A program made the translations under genes and the position numbers. The notes beneath the pieces are model-generated. The model had not been told where the DNA came from. It did no database searches and worked only from the letters and a program-made list of their open reading frames with translations. A stretch of DNA of 64,000 bases from Vicugna vicugna (taxonomy: Eukaryota): assembly GCA_013265495.1 (NCBI GenBank), contig MU058844.1, positions 15,453,878 to 15,517,877 of the forward strand, given 5' to 3'. This document shows, in pieces, positions 61,553-64,000 of the stretch (positions are counted from its first letter, which is position 1; every line of letters starts with the position of its first letter).

Positions 61553-62810
61553 TTATTATTAAAAGAATGACAAGTATCAGCCATACTCCATGGTAGCGGC
61601 CAGAATCCCAGTGACACCTGTTCTATAGGAAACACGCTCATTTTTAAAATGAGAAGGGTGTGGCAGCGTAAGTGACTACCCCAAAGTCATAAAACAAAGC
61701 CATGACTCAGAACTAAAACCTGCAAGTAGGGACTCTCTTGCCAGAGCTCTTGGTTTATGTGTGTATAATGCCATCCCAAGTAAATACATCAGTGTCTTCT
61801 CAAGGAAACGGTTCCTTGGATCTGTGCATTCGGAAGCTGGAACAGAATATATTCGAGGAGAAGCTGCTCTTTGGCCACATCCCAGCTATTACACTGGCTG
61901 CTGGCAGAACATTCTCTGAATCTGTGAAAATTTGCAAATCAAGGCCAGGCCTCCATCCGCAGCTGGTACAACACATTTCTGTTTGAAATGAAATTTCGTG
62001 GCATTCTTTTCTTCCCCAGCTAAATTACACGTAAAGGAGGTAAAAATCGTTACATGTCCGTTGAAGGTAACCATAATTCCAAGGCCACGCGGTGCAATTA
62101 AAATGCTGCAGAAGATCAGGTTACGTGGCAATAATGTTCCACCGCCAGCTCTCCTCTTTCATCAGCACAGAGAGGCTGGTCAGAGAAGCCGGGGGTAAGA
62201 AGGCACCAGGCCATCATCCCTAATGGGAAGACCCAAGGCTGAACCATAAGAAGGCCAGGCCCCCTGGAAGCCTCAAACGCGGGCCCTGGGATTCTGGTGC
62301 CAACCATGCTCTCCAGCAGCTCAGCAGATGTGCCTCTCAGAGACTTTGATTTGCAGATCATCTGCTCAGGTACAGTGAGAAACTGCACCCCATAATTTTA
62401 CAGCTACGAGTCCTAATGTCCCACAGCACTTTACTGTTTTAAGCATTTAGTCGACAGTCGACAGGGCCATGCATAACTAGATGTTGATTAAAAATGCACA
62501 AGAAACCATGAGTTACGGCCCAGATGGCTGCTTGAAAATAATCTAAAGTATATACAAACTTTACAAAACCAAAGTACTTGTTTCATAAAATATTGCCACC
62601 GTGAGGAATTTGTCTAAGACTTATCAGTTTGTTCATTTTTTTTCCTTACAAAATTAGTAGAAAGCAACTCATAAATATCACTTTGAAATATTTCCTGGTC
62701 TTACCAAAGACTAAGGTAAAAGTTTATCTTCCTCATAGATTATGTAAGTGAAAGATCTTGAGGGAAGTAGTTGAGAAAATCTTCAAACAAGTCAACTTTA
62801 AAAAAAAATA

Positions 62811-62935
62811 CAGCAAAAAAAAATATGACAATGAGTATATGTATGTTCATGTATAACTGAAAAGTTATGCTCTACACGGGAACTTGACACAACATTGTAC
62901 AATGACTATAACTCAATTAAAAATGTAAAAAAAAC
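62811..62935 (+). mobile_element. Young lineage L1 extreme 3' end
   Basis: tatgacaatgagtatatgtatgttcatgtataactgaaaagttatgctctacacgggaacttgacacaacattgtacaatgactataactcaat, same family as 19885 and 42181. Confidence 0.9.
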
Positions 62936-62991
62936 ATAAAAAGACACAGTTTTCCTTTAAATGGAACAAAAATATCCTTTAAGAAAGCAAA

Positions 62992-64000
62992 GGGCAGAGG
63001 TGGTCAAGATGGTGAAGTAGTAAGACCCTGAACTCCCTCCTCCCACATACACCAAAATTCTAACTCCTTACGGAGGAAATATCTATGCGAACAACCTGAA
63101 GACAAGTAGAAGAGATTTTCCACAACTTGAGACAAAGAAGGAACCACAGTGAGACAGGGCAGAGGAATAGAGATGCGGTCTAGTCAGGACCCACACCCCA
63201 GGTCAGCAACCCACAACCTGGAGGAATATCACCATCTTAGAGATCCTCCCCAAGGAGCGAGGATTCTGAGCTCCACGTCAGTCTCCCTGAGTTCTTGCAC
63301 CCAGAGGGTGAGTCTCCAGAATGTCTGGCTTTTTGAACACCAGCAGGGCTTACGTCCAGGGGACTCAGAGGGCTGTAGGAAATGGAGACTCCACTCTTAA
63401 AGGGTGTGTGCAAAATCTCACATGTTCTGAGTCCCAGGGCAGAGGCAGTAATTTGAAAGGAGCCTGGGTCAGAGCCACTTGCTGATCTTGGAGAGCCTCC
63501 AGAAGCGGCAGGAGGCAACTGGGACTCCCCCTGGTGGTACAGACCTGGCAGCACCCATTTGTGGGAGCTCTTTCTACCATAGTAACACCAGGGCTGACAA
63601 GAGCCATTTTGGAATCCTCCGTCTAGTCCACTAGCTCCAGGGAACTGACCCCAGCCACCAGCGAGCCAGCACTGACCCAGAGTCTTCCAGGGCCAGGGAC
63701 ATAGCCACATGGGGACTGCCTCACCCTCCAGTGGACCCGTAGCCAGTGTACGAGGCACAGCCTCATAGATAACAGGGCCGGAGGCCAGCCTCACCTACCA
63801 GCACACCCACAGAGGTCGGCCCTACCACAACAAAAGGGCATATGCAGTCCACATGGGGCACACCCTAGAGCATGGGATCTGGTCACCAGAGGGGAGTATG
63901 CTGTTGAGCCCCATAGGACATCCCCTCCAACGGCCACTTCTCCAAGATCAGGAAATGTAACTGACCTACTTAACATACAGAAATAAAACAAAGAATTAGG
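62992..64000 (+). mobile_element. 5' UTR of an L1 that retains its 5' end (runs off the window; ORF1 expected just beyond 64000)
   Basis: Starts gggcagaggtggtcaagatgg (YY1-site position) after a TTT|AAGAAA-type target; motifs ggagcctgggtcagagccacttgctgatcttggagagcctcc and ttctccaagatcaggaaatgtaactgacctacttaacatacagaaataaaacaaagaattagg resemble artiodactyl L1 sequence just upstream of ORF1. Confidence 0.85.

Larger units (their letters stand above)
5555..64000 (-). other. TRHDE: TRHDE intron upstream of the exon (probably intron 2, incomplete)
   Basis: Inference: I found no preceding TRHDE exon in the window, and human TRHDE has very long introns flanking this exon. Confidence 0.75.

Noticed and set aside
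62450-62465. Tandem gtcgaca-gtcgaca (two SalI sites)
   Set aside because: A 7-bp local duplication; no vector or adaptor context.
63237-63794. 185-aa minus-strand ORF
   Set aside because: Antisense to the GC-rich L1 5' UTR; I cannot support it as coding.
1-64000. CRISPR arrays, rRNA, operons or other prokaryotic/viral systems; ERV internal coding regions
   Set aside because: None seen; the window is mammalian intron and all LTRs are solo.

Overview
Mammalian genomic DNA, most likely a camelid: it carries a Vic-1-like tRNA-derived SINE and artiodactyl-type L1 3' ends, and I saw no Alu, Bov-tA/BovB, PRE-1, SINEC or ERE elements. The only protein-coding sequence I can support is one 127-bp minus-strand exon at 5428-5554, VRLYARPDAIRRGSGDYALHITKRLIEFYEDYFKVPYSLPKL(D). 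It matches TRHDE (thyrotropin-releasing hormone-degrading ectoenzyme / pyroglutamyl peptidase II, M1 aminopeptidase family) and probably corresponds to human exon 3. The rest of the window is therefore inferred to be TRHDE intron (1-5427 downstream, 5555-64000 upstream). It is filled with old MIR, L2, L1ME/L1MC, MaLR/ERVL/ERV1 solo LTRs, hAT and Tigger MITEs, a few young lineage L1 fragments, a partly N-masked L1, and the 5' UTR of an L1 running off the right edge. The other listed ORFs are L1 ORF2 remnants or chance ORFs. I found no convincing novel biological system. The best leads are a non-repeat CpG cluster near 45.2 kb (candidate intragenic promoter/first exon with a possible spaced RE1 site), a sense-oriented MER41-like ERV1 LTR with GAS/ETS/YY1/GC-box motifs, and two L1 insertions with informative junctions (twin-priming inversion and a probable 3' transduction). 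Repeat family names come from recalled consensus sequences, and repeat boundaries are approximate unless TSDs or TIRs are quoted.
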